Shown in pieces: positions 11,654-23,397 of a DNA stretch of 64,000 bases; the stretch's first letter is position 1; the number at the start of each line of letters is the position of its first letter. The stretch comes from Botryllus schlosseri (taxonomy: Eukaryota). The position numbers and the translations under genes are program-made. Location of the stretch: the NCBI GenBank assembly GCA_051294905.1, contig CM119372.1:14758001-14822000 (forward strand), read 5' to 3'. Under the pieces are notes generated by a model. That model saw only the letters and a list, made by a program, of their open reading frames with translations, ran no database searches and was not told the origin of the DNA.

Positions 11654-14600
11654 GTGTCAAAATGCTACCGATATGACGAGACCAACCCGATCTCTTGTAG
11701 CGATGACCGTTTCGAAATGTCACCGGACGAATTGGACCCTTACAAAAGTGTGTTTTATGATTGCGTGTGAAATCACGAGGTAGTGTTCTATTGTGGTGTA
11801 CGATTGCAGATTCCACAGAAACACACCTTATTGGATCACAGTATCAGTCCGAGATTTTCAGAATCACTGTTCACGATATTTACCTGGAGTCGTTATGTGG
11901 GAGTAGCGACATCCCGTGATTTAGTGAAAGACTGATCGCAATCATTTCGAGCACCGTACTTCGATAGTTCACATTGGTCAAACGCTGTACAACAGAAAAT
12001 TTCGGTGTCGACAACACGACGGATATTGACGATGTATCCAATTGGTCTGGGTGATCTGTCGGGAGATAGGGTCATGACTATCTTGCAATGTAACAACACG
12101 ATAACACCATCGAGTAAATCAGTGAACGGCGTCGAAATATCGATGTAATAGCGCAGACCCAGAGTCATTGCAATGTGGCTTATTGGTATGACATTGTTAT
12201 CAGGTGACATTCGATCTACATCAAAACTACCGGCTATGATAATGTCTGTGGATCGATGTTTGTATACCAACACATTGCATGCAATGTCACACACCTCCAT
12301 TTACGCGTATACTGGTGTGGGCAAACAAGCGCGACGTATGTCTGGATGGTATTTTTTCGTGGAAACAGAGGGTGTAGCATGTTTACTTTGTTCATTGGTT
12401 TTTCGATTCAGAGTTGATATCCGGATCCGGTTACGTACTTTATCAGGGTTTCCGATTTCAAACTGAATGTCGAGACATACATTGACCAATAAAGACACAA
12501 TATAGTAAACATGCGGGGGGAAAACTCGCGATGGGTGACATAAATCCAACCGTTTTCCGAACACCGTTATCCACATACCAACCATCGTCGAGGAGGTGTT
12601 TTATTCAGACATTTTGACTCTGGAAAATCCAAAGCACGATCCCGGACATCACAGAACTATCGAAGCCTATAGTCCGATTTTCCAAAACATGCATTTCGGT
12701 GTACAAGAGCATATTGTATGTGGTTAATCGATGATATTGATGTGATACGACTGATGGGGGTATACTCTGAAACCGGTAGCCCGTGTATATTTCCGTCACT
12801 GTTCGTTGTAATCTATTTCAAACTATCGTCAATACAACAAATACCAAATTGTCAGGTGTGTTTGTCAGATTTCAAAATGAAAAATGGTTTTGTTACTCTA
12901 GGAAAAGCTAGATGACCAAGAGAAAATGTATTGTTACACTGGGTAAACGCCAGATCTCCAAAGGAAAATGATATTTTTACTCAGGTAAACGACGACCCGC
13001 CAAGTGAAAATGGTTTGTTGCTAAGGGAAAAAATATATTTCCAAGCGAAAAAGGTTTGTTACCCAGAGAAAAAATATATTTCCAAGTGAAAAAGGTTTGT
13101 TACCCGGTGAAAAAATATATTTCCAAGTGAAAAAGGTTTGTTACCAGGGGAAAAAATATATTTCCAAGTGAAAAAAGGTTTGTTACCTAGGGAAAAATAT
13201 ATTTCCAAGTGAAAATGGTTTCTTACTCTGGGTAAACGTCAGATCTCCAAAGGAAAATGATATGTTTAGTCAGGTAAACGATGGACTGCCAAGTGAAAGT
13301 GGTAATTTTACATAGGTAAACGTCGTGGGCTCAGTGTCGTTGGTCTTGTTAAACGTAGCTGTCGAGTTGTACAATATACTTGTCGTGAGTATACAATTAC
13401 GAAGGGAGAGAATGAAATTGCTATTATGAGTGCCAGAAGGTTGTTGTATGTAGATTTGACAGTAACCCTATTATTCGCATATGACAAACACAATCATGGC
13501 CATTAACTAACTTGCTCGGTCTCGATCAATGCAAAAGAGATGATTCGTTTTTTGAAACCGTAGCGAAGACCACGTGTAAATCGATGCGATAGACTTGTAC
13601 CCCTTACATTCAGTCGTGTCGTGTCCATTTTAATACGGGACCCACAGGTATGACATGCACACACTAACGAACAGAAGTCGATGATTTTGATTAATAAAAA
13701 TATTTCTTGACTAGATCGGAATGTCTATGTTGTAGAAAGTAAATACTTTTATGGAGTTGTGTGTTTAATGAAAGCGATTGGTTACAAGTATGTGTTGGGG
13801 AAAGAAAATTTATTTTTCTATATGTGACGAAATGAAAATAGATTCGTGGTTTTAATTGAGTTGTGACTGTGTTGTTTTAATGTACGTTTCAACAGGTAGA
13901 CTTGACACTGAACAACAATTCGACTCGCAAAAAATGTTTGTTGTATGATTTGTCACTGGTGCGCAAAGGGTCAGGAATATTTTTGTATGATAATATCTTC
14001 TAGCTGTTTTGTTGTGAGGGCAATCATGTGATGACTCAGCACTTTTCGTTAGCAAAGTAGATTGATCTATGTGAAAGATGTAAGGACCGTGACTAAAAAA
14101 CATATGTACTTTCTTGTTGGAGTAGCTGATTTACTGCTATGGCGTTGACATAGCCCTCTGGAAGTGAGTATGCTTTTCTTTGACGAAAGTTTACGTGGTT
14201 CGTTGTAATAAATTTGTGTTAACTAAACTCGGATGGATACCGCAATTGTGCTGGACTTACACATGGTATTCGCATACTGTGCACATACAAACTTTTGTGT
14301 AAACAACTCTGATGTTTCTGTTCGTACTAGTTCTGTGTTGAACTATTTGATTATTAAGATACATGAACACCCATTCAGACAATAAAGTTCTTGTGATATC
14401 GAAACAGTTTGAAAGCACCACCACTCATTGTACAGGTTTGTAGCATGGGAATATTTTCATGTGTCATGAATATCTTTCGTATACACTTAGTATGAAATGA
14501 GATGTGTGGAACAATAATTAGTGTCGTACAAAGTGTTGTGTTTGATTGCCTACTTTTTATCAATGTCTTTGTGATGTTAAAAGACGGTTGAGTTTTCATT

Positions 14601-17600
14601 TACATTAAGCGGGGAAACTCAAGTAATAAATTTTACTCGTTTGAAAATATCGATCAATGGAGTAACAGTATCAATATGAGTGGTATATTATTTTTTTCGC
14701 GATATGCAACCCAACCAATCTTCCAACCAAGCATAACTTGTCAAAAATTTATCATGTCATAGTCGGTTGTTACGAATTCGAAAGAAATGTACTTCAATTA
14801 TCACGATGATGGAAATTAAGATCAATGCAGTATTTCGGAGATGGATGTGTATCGTCTGATATGTTCCCCAATCACTAAATGTCGGTTAGTTAAACGATGC
14901 ATTTACAAGTTTACCGAAATCTTGATTTACAAATAACAGCTTGATGATGTAAAGCTCAACCACGCAAATGTGTTCATTGCAAAGTATTTGACACAAACAA
15001 AATATCGAATGGAGACCATCACATTGGTTTCATTTCGAGTGAGTGAAAATTGTTTTCTGTTGGCCAGGTAGGACACATTTGACAAACATCGTACACATTG
15101 TATCTTCGTGATGGTAACGACTTTCAGCGGCTTGGTTTCATGTCAGGAATTATTATTTGAGGGTTCGAGAACAATTTCAATCAATACAACAAATGAACAA
15201 CAATGCAAAACACGTTTAGCAAATAACAGTGTAGCAAGTACTTTTTTGATATTACAATTGTTGTGCACCAGACATTTCTAACTGAATTGGGTGCATCTAA
15301 CAAACATATCACAATTTACTTTTGTAATGATCAAAGTATGTGAAATGGTGCGAACGGATTAGGTATTATTCAAGCGGCGGTATGTCAATTCACCTAGTGT
15401 GATATCTTGACACCGGGTAATGCGCGAAAGGGTTTCAATTCTCACCGCGGCTTATGATGATAAAGTATTGTACCGGTTGTTAATCAGCAAACGAAATTGT
15501 TGTTTCATCTTTAGTCTTGGGTACTGGAAACAATTACATTTGTAAAATATTTTCTGATATCCGCAATACGCAGAGTGATTTGTACCAACACGGAATATCT
15601 TCCAAATCAAGAACATTTCAGACAAGTATAGTTTTACAAATCAATATGTTAATAACAATGGTACTGAAAAGTTTGTTGCTGTCACAATAATCTTTACCAC
15701 AACGCCGGGTCTAATTACCGCAAATAATTTAATAATCAAGTCATGATCAACTATTACATGTGTCAAATCAATGTGTCAATCCTTATGTTTACATCATGAT
15801 AATTTTCAATATAACACCTGCGTTCGATTGTAAGAAATGAATTCTCAACATGTTGGGCAGACTTTCAAATCTCGCATACTGAAACGTATTATGTTAATTT
15901 CAAGTCGCCGGCACCGAGAAGTAATTACTTTTATCTTACAAAATATACCGCATAGTAATTTCTTTGTCTCGCAGAATAGTAACGACTTTTACAGTTGAAC
16001 AAAAAAGACGAGTTGACGGTATATGCCTAAAACCGAACCTGCTACGGATTTTAGATTGTAGCGATTGTATGGACTCGTGTATGCTTGACTGTTTTCATAC
16101 TGATACTGATTGAGTTGATTGGGTGAGTTACAAACGATTTACTTGACAAGGTTTTTCCTTGTTGGCTCTTTGGAGTATGGTAAGATGGTAAGATGTCGAG
16201 ACGTAATACTATTTCCGTTAACTCAATTGCAACGAAAAAATAACCAGATAGCTTGTACAAGGTTTCGACAAATAGATGGAAATATTCCCATTTAACTCAT
16301 CGTGTCGCAACTCGATCGCGGTATGTACAAGTGGTTGTCAAGTAAGAAATATTTACAACAGGTGCTATTTCATTGATTGATTCTATTGTGTGTAGTAGCA
16401 CATTTAAATATCATGATAGTATAGTGAAATTATTTACTGAAACTCTATTTGACAAACGGAAAACTCAGTCGTGAATAGAGTTGTATGGTCATTACTTGTT
16501 TCAAATCAACATGCGCATAATCTCTAAATATGTATGGGTTGAAAGTTGGTAGTCATGTTTGTCAATCTATTGCAATTCAGACTATGTCAAAGTCCAAATA
16601 TTTCATTTTGGGTGATCTCAATTTACCTTCAGTACATCTCGCGAGTGGATTCCGATGCCGTACTATAACATTCTTAATAATACAGGTTCGAGGATTTTCA
16701 TGATAGAGTTGACAAGTGATAAGATGTGTGTTTGTATTAAGAGTTTGATTTGAAGTTGACAACGACAATAACTGTATAATGCACATACTTGTGATTCTTG
16801 ATTCTTGTAGAGTTATAGTTGGTATTGATTCTATAGGTGTGAAAACAGCGGCGCGGAATGTGCGAATAATTCAATGTGGCTGAAAGTCGGCGTCAGTAAT
16901 ATTCAGGTTACGGTCGAATCAAAAGATCACGATAACATTTCTCAAATTAATTAGAATTGTACCGAATTAACACATTCAGATACGAATCAACTTGAGCTGT
17001 GTAGTAAGTTTCATTTCAAGTTGACAAATTGACACATTGCTTGAATGTTCGCATGATTCTTATCATACAACTAAAGTCAACCACGTTCCAAAGTGTCAAA
17101 ACATATAGCGACCGCCAGAAAGTGTCAAATTGTTGGTTTACGAATCACGGTCTGCGTTGGTACTGTTATTCATTACTTATTACTTGATAGTAACAAACAA
17201 CCACCGACATATTACACTGTAGCGATTGGGATGTATGTAATGACAAGACGCGAGAAATGGCTATGTCTTTGGTGTTATCTTGTGAGCAATCGTGGGATTT
17301 GTAACCTATTTCACGCGTTTTTTGAAGTGTTGGTTTGTGAACGCTGCTATTGTTGGTATTCGAATCGCCGTCTACGCCGGCTCTGTGGCAAACCAATTAC
17401 CAAAATATTACATTGTTAACGATCGGTATGTATGTAACAGCGAGTCGCGAGCGATGGTTATGTCTTAGGTATTATCTTGTGAGCGATCGCGGGTGGATTA
17501 TCTGAATTTACCTTTAGTACATCCTGCGAATGGATTCCGACACCGCACCATAACATTTTTGATAATAAGGACTCAACGATTTTCAGCCAAGGAATACTTG

Positions 17601-18378
17601 AATTATTTTGGGTGATGGTAAAAAAAAAAAGTTAATGATACGATTGTGCGTGCTTTAGTTTGATTTGACAGTAATGAATGAATGTATAAATGTGTATACT
17701 TGTGATTCTTGTTTTGACTTTGAACAGCAGACTATTCTGTAGGTGCGAAACAGCGGTATACAGGGTGCGAATAATCCGATCTGAAGTCTTATTCAGCTAG
17801 CGATCAATAGCGAGGAAAGACTTAGAACACGATCGGTCATTTGTCACGACTGAACTACGACGTCTTCATGTAACACCGTGTGAGCGATCCCTATACCTGT
17901 AACGTTATCATGTCGCGTCTATATCAGATACGCAACCGTGTCGCCGCGGTCATAAGAATAACGATATATCATTGTCGCACTCACCGTAAACGTTGGGATC
18001 GACTCGGACCGGTCATATATAATAATTTGGGATATACACATTAACTAAGTACCAATCACGTGACTATTTACCATACATCACCGTGCCGCTGCGCCTATAC
18101 CAACAACGTTAGTCAAATCATCTCTACCTGAAAGGTCACCATGTCACCGCGCCTATACCCGAAAAGGTAACCATGCCACCACGAGTTTTCACGACACCGT
18201 GCCGCCGCAGCCTATACCTGAAAAGGTAACCGTGCCACCCCCGCCATAAGACACAATGGCACCGTGTCACCGCACCCATAAGAGATAAGGGTCACCGTGC
18301 CACCACGAGTTTCTCGGCACCGTGCCGCCGCACCCATAAGAACCCCCTGCCACCTCACGACCGATCTATATAACTACT
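11654..18378. repeat. Right arm of giant inverted repeat (6,725 bp)
   Basis: Reverse complement of 4486-11211; identical mirrored ORF translations in the ORF track. Confidence 0.97.
14250..16185 (+). pseudogene. Heavily decayed protein-primed family B DNA polymerase (pPolB) relic, right arm; 5' limit approximate
   Basis: Motif ghosts in the expected order, needing frameshifts: FEGSRT 15156-15173 (~FxGGRT); DIT..LC.PDI 15248-15276 (~DxxSLYP); GIIQA 15362 and HRVM 15411 (~G.IK...HPVLP); N-PGL 15701; Y-ETYYVNF 15877-15901 (~YxDTDSVIF); DK....LFG-Y 16145-16178 (~DKR...PFGY). Recognised by eye, not by HMM. Confidence 0.5.
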
Positions 18379-18896
18379 GACGACTCCTCGGTCCCTTGAT
18401 TTTAGACCGGTTCTTCTTGATGCGGATCAATTAATGATTCAGCGAATACGATATCCACCAGCTTTCTGGTATGTGGCATATATAGTCAAAGTAATCACAG
18501 GAACTCTCGTGCACCATGCGCAAGACGCACATGAACTTCACATTTCATAGGTGGTTTTCCGTATCTAAAATTATAAAACAATAATTTTGAATGACGATGT
18601 AGGCTACAATCTATCTACCAGTATGGTGAATGTGGATGCTAAATACTCTTCGCTGAACAGTTACTGTCTCTTTGAGCTGGTTGTTGTTGTCATTATTTTC
18701 AGTGCGTTGCGACACTATTGACCGATGCAATTTCTTGTATAGGTTTCTGCATTGCAATACTGCACTGCAATACAATATTACAATAGATATATAACTAGAG
18801 CTGGACACTATGACTAGAGTACTCGCATCTAAATCCAGTATTAATTCTAGTGTTGAGAGATGATTTTATCTAATACTGAAATCGTACGCTCTAAGC

Positions 18897-21371
18897 CAGG
18901 GGTCGCCAACACGCGGCCCGCGGGCCGCATGCGGCCCGCGAGGTCATATTTTGCGGCCCGCGAACCCATTTGAAATTTTGAATGAATACCGAGTAAATAA
19001 TATTGAAATGCTGAAATTAATTCCAGTTTCAAAATGTTGTTGTTGATCAAAATAATCTATTCTCATGTGACCTACATTATTTTCACTCACTCGTTGAAAA
19101 CGCATTGGCGATGGTAATTCCAGTCCCTCGAGAGATGATCAGCTGATAGGAAGTGGTACACTTGGTGACGTAATAATGGACCAGACATTGACAATGATCG
19201 AGACGCATAGGCCTACAAACAGTTCGATACTTCCTCACCTCATACGCGTACTAGGTGAGTTGTAGTCTGGAATCGTGTTTCTCGCGATTTTTCTTCCCCA
19301 CATACTTACGATGCCCAAAAGAAAGATATCGGACGAGAACAGGACATTTCAGGAAATATGGGAACTGAACTATTTCGTTTCAGAGTGCAACGGCCAAATA
19401 CAATGTCTGGTCTGCTATTCTACCATTGCTGTCCGAAAGGAATACAATGTTCGTCGCCACTATGAGTCTTTACACAAGGATAAGTTTCAAGACTATACCG
19501 GAAAACACCGTGAACAGAAGTTGACGCAACTGAAGAATTCTTTGAATAAGCAGCAGAGCCACTTCTCAAATCTGAAAAAAGCAAATGAACTGTCAGTTAA
19601 AGCCAGTTTTGCCCTATCTGAAATGATAGCGCAGGACTCGAGACCATTTGTCGAAGGAAATTATGTGAAGCGATGTCTACTGAAGGCTAGTGAAATATTA
19701 TGCCCAGAAAAGATCAAGCTCTTCGAGGACGTCAGTCTTTCAGCCAATACAGTTGCTCGTCGTGTTACGGAATTGGCTGCAGACTCGTATCAACAACTAT
19801 CATCAATTGGAAAGGATTTCCAATCATTTTCATTGGCACTGGATGAGAGTACCGACATCACCGACAGCGCTGTCTTGGCTGTATTTGTCCGTGGAGTCGA
19901 CGGAGATTTTAACGTCACCGAGGAACTTCTGGATGTTCTGCCAATGAAAACTACGACGACAGGGCGAGACATATTCCGCGAGCTGAACAAATGTGTCGAC
20001 CATGCCGATTTGGATTGGTGTAAGCTGGTCTCAGTAGCCACCGATGGAGCTCCAGCAATGAGGTCAGAAAAAATAGGCCTAGTTGGGCTTCTACGAAACA
20101 AGATGACGACATTAGGCGTTCCTATCCATGCCATACATTGCATTATACACCAAGAGGCATTGTGTAGTAAATATTTGGGAATGAGTGGTGTTATGAACGT
20201 AGTAGTGAAAACCGTGAATTTCATTCGCTCGAGGGGCCTGAATCATCGTCAGTTCAAAGCTTTCTTAGAAGCCACCGAGAGTGAGTATGGCGAAATATTA
20301 TACCACACGGAAGTGCGATGGCTCAGTCGTGGTAATGTGCTGAGACGTTTTTTCGCATTGAGAGAAGAGATTGGTTTATTCATGGCGCTGAAAGATGCAG
20401 ACGTGCCAGAGTTGGGAGACGCACAATTCATTTCTGATCTTGCGTTTTTATGCGATATTACGGCACATCTGAACGATTTAAACACTACATTACAAGGTCG
20501 AATGAAAGTTGTAACTGCGATGTACGATTCAATCAAATCATTTATGCGCAAACTGATGCTATGGACAAAGCAACTTGAAGTCGGAAACCTTGCTCATTTT
20601 GCAGCTCTCCGGTCGTTGACAACAGTCGAGCTCGAGAATATGAAGCAATATTCTGGTAAACTCATGTTGTTGAATACGGAATTCAATTCAAGATTTCAGG
20701 ATTTTAAGACTCTGGAAAATGAACTTGATCTTTTTGCTACGCCAATGACTATTGATGTCGAATCAGTCACCGAGGAATATCAAATGGAACTGTTGGATCT
20801 CCAATGTGACTCGGCAATGAAGGAAAGGTATTCGGAAGTAGCCTTGCCAGAATTCTTCAAGTACTTACCGCAGCATAAGTTTCCGAAGCTTTCTTCGCAC
20901 TTCCGGAAGATCCTCGCAATGTTTGGCAGTACGTATGTCTGCGAGCAATTTTTCTCGACCATGAAAATAAATAAATCAGCCTTACGCTCGCGACTAACAG
21001 ATGAGCATCTCAAAGCAATTTTGAGACTTGCGAACCAACGCTCCATCAGCCCTGACATCGATTCTTTAGTCGCTAGAAAGCGTTGTCAGGTCTCAAGCGC
21101 CGCGTATAATTAAATCATATTTGAAGTGATGATCATGATGTTTTTTTTCGTTGTATGGAAATTTCGGTAATAAACAATGTTTCTTTTGTCGTAATTACAT
21201 GCCTATGGCCACGTTAGGAAGTGCACGATGATGTAGTAGACTCAGTAGTGTTTCATAAACATGCTTTCTAAGCTGTATGGCGTGTTTATCTCGATACTAC
21301 ATTATTGCGGCCCGCGACCTCTTGCAAGTCTAAAAAGTGGCCCGCGACCCCTTTTGAGTTGGCGACCCCTG
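18897..21371 (+). mobile_element. Apparently intact autonomous hAT transposon, Buster/Charlie/SPIN-like, 2,475 bp
   Basis: 14-bp TIRs CAGGGGTCGCCAAC/GTTGGCGACCCCTG; 8-bp TSD CTCTAAGC (18889-18896, 21372-21379); subterminal GCGGCCCGCG repeats; one uninterrupted transposase ORF. Confidence 0.95.
19311..21113 (+). CDS. hAT transposase (GTF2IRD2/SPIN/Buster-like), ~600 aa
   Basis: Likely start MPKRK at 19311; zinc-finger-like CLVC...RRHYESLH, LALDESTD, VATDGAPAM, HCIIHQE, EVRWLSRG, and C-terminal FGSTYVCEQFFS dimerisation motif. Confidence 0.95.
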   Translation: MPKRKISDENRTFQEIWELNYFVSECNGQIQCLVCYSTIAVRKEYNVRRHYESLHKDKFQDYTGKHREQKLTQLKNSLNKQQSHFSNLKKANELSVKASFALSEMIAQDSRPFVEGNYVKRCLLKASEILCPEKIKLFEDVSLSANTVARRVTELAADSYQQLSSIGKDFQSFSLALDESTDITDSAVLAVFVRGVDGDFNVTEELLDVLPMKTTTTGRDIFRELNKCVDHADLDWCKLVSVATDGAPAMRSEKIGLVGLLRNKMTTLGVPIHAIHCIIHQEALCSKYLGMSGVMNVVVKTVNFIRSRGLNHRQFKAFLEATESEYGEILYHTEVRWLSRGNVLRRFFALREEIGLFMALKDADVPELGDAQFISDLAFLCDITAHLNDLNTTLQGRMKVVTAMYDSIKSFMRKLMLWTKQLEVGNLAHFAALRSLTTVELENMKQYSGKLMLLNTEFNSRFQDFKTLENELDLFATPMTIDVESVTEEYQMELLDLQCDSAMKERYSEVALPEFFKYLPQHKFPKLSSHFRKILAMFGSTYVCEQFFSTMKINKSALRSRLTDEHLKAILRLANQRSISPDIDSLVARKRCQVSSAAYN

Positions 21372-21782
21372 CTCTAAGCCGTCTTGCTTCAGTTAGGATA
21401 TTCCTGCCAGTTAGCATAACACCATGTCAACCTTTTTGTTTCATTTTACCGTTGATGATTCACAATGAGCAGACCAGGGGCCGTCTAACGGTAGGTCTAT
21501 AAAGTAGGCTGTAAAATATCAAATGATAAGCTCACCGAGAGTGGAAACATCTACAATGCCAAAGAAATGCAGGTTGCAAAAAAATTATGACTTTGTAAAC
21601 AATTTTGGCAATTTTTGCCTAACGTTACAATTTTGACAAAATTTCGACTTATTTTGACATGTCAAATATCGGTCTACTTATAAGGCTCTGTTATGACAAG
21701 ACAAATATTGTCTGATACATATGGTCGCTAAGTACAATTGTAAGGATGAATTGACGAAATTAAGAAATTATGCAAAGCATAA

Positions 21783-23397
21783 CACTGGTCAACATATATC
21801 TTAGGCAGACGAAGTAAGAGTGGTTTTGGGGGCCCTGAAGGGCACTGATTCCAAATATGACCGGTTTTGGGGGCCCTGAAGGGCACTGATTCCAAATATG
21901 ACCTTGGTTTTTTCAAATTGGCTCTTGTTTTCGAGATAACCCATGGAGCTATTTTGACGAAAATCTCCCATTTTCGCAGTAATGACTAGATAAAAATACG
22001 ACTCAGTCGTACTTTAATGCTTAAAAATTCAATCTACTTGTTATTTTTACACACAGAAGACTCTTTTACATCAAAATACAGCAACAGCCCTATATCTAGG
22101 TGTATTAGACTTATCATAGTTATAGAATTTCACGGATATCATGTCCATAAATAAAACCCAGTCATGTATATAAGTTTTTACCTAGATACTCAAATATCGT
22201 GGCATTAATTCAATCAGTTTTACGCCAACCACCTATTGTGAATTTGAAATGAACAGTTGGAATATAATTTTATTGATTTATTTTAAAGCACAATTGTTAT
22301 TTGTACGTTTTTCGCCTGTAAGCAATTTAGTGCAGTTTCTCGTAAGGTTCCAGCAATGGTCTGCCATAATATGTTCATCTCACCCGCCCTGATATCTTTC
22401 TTTTGTTGTTTTGATGTCTTGGTGGTACCTCTTCCCCTGCTAATCAACAAGATTATCAGGAAATATACCAAGATGACTGAACAGGAAGTGAACTTTCGTG
22501 CTCGTGTTTGTTCCAAGTTTCCATATGCAGATACGAATTTTCGGACCAACGGTTTAGTTGGGTGCTTTGTATTTATCTAAAAAGTTTTATTTACTACCCC
22601 TTAGGAGAAATTCAATGCAGTGAACTCCATCCTAATATGAAATTGCGCATGGAATCTTTCATCCGTATTCGAATCTGAAATCTATCAAAGATACAAGATT
22701 CAAGCTTCTCGTTTGATAGGATACTCTTGGTATACCCACTTTGTTGACTCAGCGGGAAATTACATCGTGTAACACGATTTTTGTTCCCGGGTTCTAATTG
22801 ATATTTCCTTATCACTCTCACTTAGAAACTTCCACTAATCAATATAGTTCATTCCAAACTTTGAATTTGTGGTTAGGAGAGTGATTTTTTGAATTTGTTG
22901 TCTATTTACAAGACAAAAGAAATGAGACGCATATCAGTATTGTAGTTGAGCTTTTCAAGGACTAATTTTATAGCTTTATACTCCTTTTTAATCTTGGTAG
23001 AATGATCAATTGACACAGGATGTGTATTTCCGTTCTGCAAAAGTACAATTGTTAGGCTTGACAAACTGCTTTTTTGACAAACAAGTAGCCTATTTCGCAT
23101 CAGGTCATGTTAATATTGATAGAATGACTGAGAACGACATGAGGGTTCTCCATAGTCAATCGTCTAATTATGAGCAGTATAAAATTTAAAAAAAAAACAA
23201 GGATTTTCTTCCTACCAAGTGAAATATTCAAGGGTGAATACAGTAATTTTAGGATTTTTAGGGGTATAAATATCTTCTGACCAAGAGCCAATCTGGCGAA
23301 ACTATAATGTGATATTCACAATCAGCTACCGCGAAAACCTCAGAAACGGCTCTCAGATGTTCCGCCAAATTTTTTTGTTTCATTTTGTTGACCAGTG
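21783..23397 (-). mobile_element. Decayed Chapaev3-like (CMC) DNA transposon with transposase remnants
   Basis: 12-bp TIR CACTGGTCAACA/TGTTGACCAGTG; TAA on both flanks (3-bp TSD). Minus-strand fragments VLLQNGN...KEYKAIKLVLEKLNY, SQQSGYTK, LEPGNKN, KVHFLFSHLGIFPDNL...RYHQDIK...ERYQG...IMADHCW with stops and frameshifts. ~41-bp tandem duplication at ~21822-21903. Confidence 0.75.

Larger units (their letters stand above)
4486..18378. mobile_element. Giant palindromic (foldback) non-autonomous Polinton/Maverick-like element, 13,893 bp
   Basis: Termini AGTAGTTATATAGATCGG...CCGATCTATATAACTACT; flanking 6-bp direct repeat GACGAC at 4480-4485 and 18379-18384; arms 4486-11211 and 11654-18378 are reverse complements (ORF track mirrors with coordinate sum 22865); AG...CT ends with a terminal short repeat and a 6-bp TSD are Polinton hallmarks. 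Confidence 0.85.

Noticed and set aside
5446..17419. Mirrored short ORFs as functional genes, or genes in an alternative genetic code
   Set aside because: All are 135 aa or shorter with no intact domains. The recognisable motifs fall in different frames, which indicates indel decay rather than stop-codon reassignment.
4486..18378. Palindrome as a pure sequencing or assembly foldback artefact
   Set aside because: It has element-type termini, an exact 6-bp duplication outside both ends, a unique spacer, a few arm differences, and the host gene continues in phase beyond it. Read-level confirmation is still needed.
19690..21058. Overlapping and antisense ORFs within the transposase
   Set aside because: Shadow frames of the real transposase ORF with no recognisable motifs
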